Shown: piece by piece, positions 62,600 through 64,000 of the stretch | How the letters are laid out: each line of letters begins with the position of its first letter | Numbering within the stretch: position 1 is the first letter of the stretch | From: Mobula birostris | Taxonomy: Eukaryota | NCBI RefSeq assembly: GCF_030028105.1 | Contig: NC_092395.1 | Location: 1,512,057-1,576,056 of the forward strand | Direction of reading: 5' to 3' | DNA length: 64,000 nt | Position numbers and translations under genes: made by a program | Notes under the pieces: generated by a model | What the model was told of the DNA's origin: nothing | The model's input: the letters and a program-made list of their open reading frames with translations, nothing else | The model's database searches: none

Positions 62600-63150
62600 T
62601 TCATTTGACAAACTCTTTCCCATCTAGCCCTTTTACAGTATGGGAATCCCAGTCAATATGTGGAAAGTTAAAATCACCTACTATAATAACGCTATGTTTC
62701 TTGCAACAGCCCGCGATCTCTCTATAGATTTGTTCTTCTAAATCCCTCAGACTGTTGGGTGGTCTATAATATAATTCCATGAACATAGTCACACCTTTCT
62801 TGTTCTCAGTTCCACCCATTAGGGTCTCACGAGACGAGCTCTCCAGTCTGTCCTGACTGAGCACTACTGTGATATTTTCCCTAATAATGCCATCTTTCTT
62901 CCTTTAATCCTCCCACTCTGTTCCGTCTAAAACAACTGAACGTCGGCGCATTGAGCTGCCAGTCCTATCCTTCCTGTATTCAAGTCTCACTTATGGCAAC
63001 AATGTAGTCCTTCCATATGCTGATCCATGTCTTCTCTTCCTCCTTTCCAACTATACTCATTGCATTGAAATATACAGCTTCCAACATTAGTCCTACCATG
63101 CTTGAGCTTTCGATTGCTGACTCTATATGTAGGCTTAACATCTTTTTTCA
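62600..63150 (-). mobile_element. CR1 endonuclease-region fragment
   Basis: LYYRPPNSLRDLEEQI...IIVGDFNFPHIDW. Confidence 0.8.
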
Positions 63151-64000
63151 CCACTGGGACAGGGCGAAGCTGTCGATCACAGGCAGTGCCGTGCACTTGT
63201 AATGCCTGTCAGTGGCGAGAGAACGTCCCACGGTGACATTGTGTCCATGACCAGAACATGAGTGTTTTTTATAAATGAGGAGACAGAGCTGACAGGCTGG
63301 TTCCTGGGATCTACAATGGGATGGCTGCCACAGCAACGTGGTCACAGTGCTGCTACTCCGGTGACGTCACAGAGAGTGTATTTCATTCTCAGCTTCATTC
63401 ACAAAGTGACAATCTGTTCAGTTCCGGTCGCTTCATTATAGGAAGGATGTGGAAGCTTTAGAAAAGGTGCAGAAGAGATTTACCAGAACGCTGCCTGGAC
63501 TACAGAGCATGTCTTACGATAATAGGTTGATTGAGCAACAGCAAAGGAGGATGAGAGGTGACTTGATAGAGGTGTACAAGGTGATAAGGGGCATAGATTG
63601 AGTGGACAGCCAGAGACTTTTTCCCAGAGCTAAAATGAGAGAGCGTTCTATTATTGCGATTGAAGGAAAGTATAGGGGGTATGTCAGAGGTGTTTTTTTT
63701 TAAACACAGAAGGGTAGTTGCATGGATTGTGTGGCCTAGGGTAGTGGTAGAGGAAGATACATAGGTGCATATATGAAATAAGAGGAGGACCACATGATTG
63801 ATTTTAGCGGGTTAAAAAGTTGGCACAACATTGTAGGTCCAAGTTGCACTGTGCTGTACTCTTGTCCTATCCTGCATGGGAATGGAGCTGATTGGATGAT
63901 CACATGTGGAAGCTACAGAGTACCCAGTCATTGGATAGCATCGCTTGTTGGAGGAAATGGGAGGAAACATGGCCACCAAGATCCAACTGTTCCTTCACAC

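Overview
Vertebrate genomic DNA, most likely from a cartilaginous fish (ray or shark; inferred from the dense CR1, Rex1/Babar and Penelope-derived repeats, not verified by search). The window holds a complete ARMC6 gene on the minus strand. I reconstructed 7 coding exons by hand (9394-35109, 1401 nt = 466 aa + stop, all GT-AG, phases consistent). A probable non-coding first exon and CpG-island promoter lie at about 47.86-48.3 kb. On the plus strand are two intact, intronless, tandem TSSK6 kinase paralogues (49922-50734 and 56027-56839, about 70% identical by manual count). They share a conserved core-promoter block and are separated by a nearly complete CR1 ORF2. Most notable oddities: (1) ARMC6 intron 1 is almost entirely a ~12.5-kb G-rich, slot-structured minisatellite with a 961-bp higher-order duplication; (2) a 44-bp minisatellite has amplified an ARMC6 exon/intron junction, giving 8 decoy splice donors, all predicted unproductive; (3) a 1.5-kb retrotransposon 3' transduction with a 16-bp TSD; (4) many palindromic Penelope-derived elements carry decayed minimal hammerhead-ribozyme motifs, and three are interrupted at or next to that motif by CR1 3' tails. 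The rest is nested transposon debris (hAT MITE, Tc1, CR1, Rex/Babar, L1-clade, RTE-derived, solo-LTR-like). All calls were made by eye, with no database searches.
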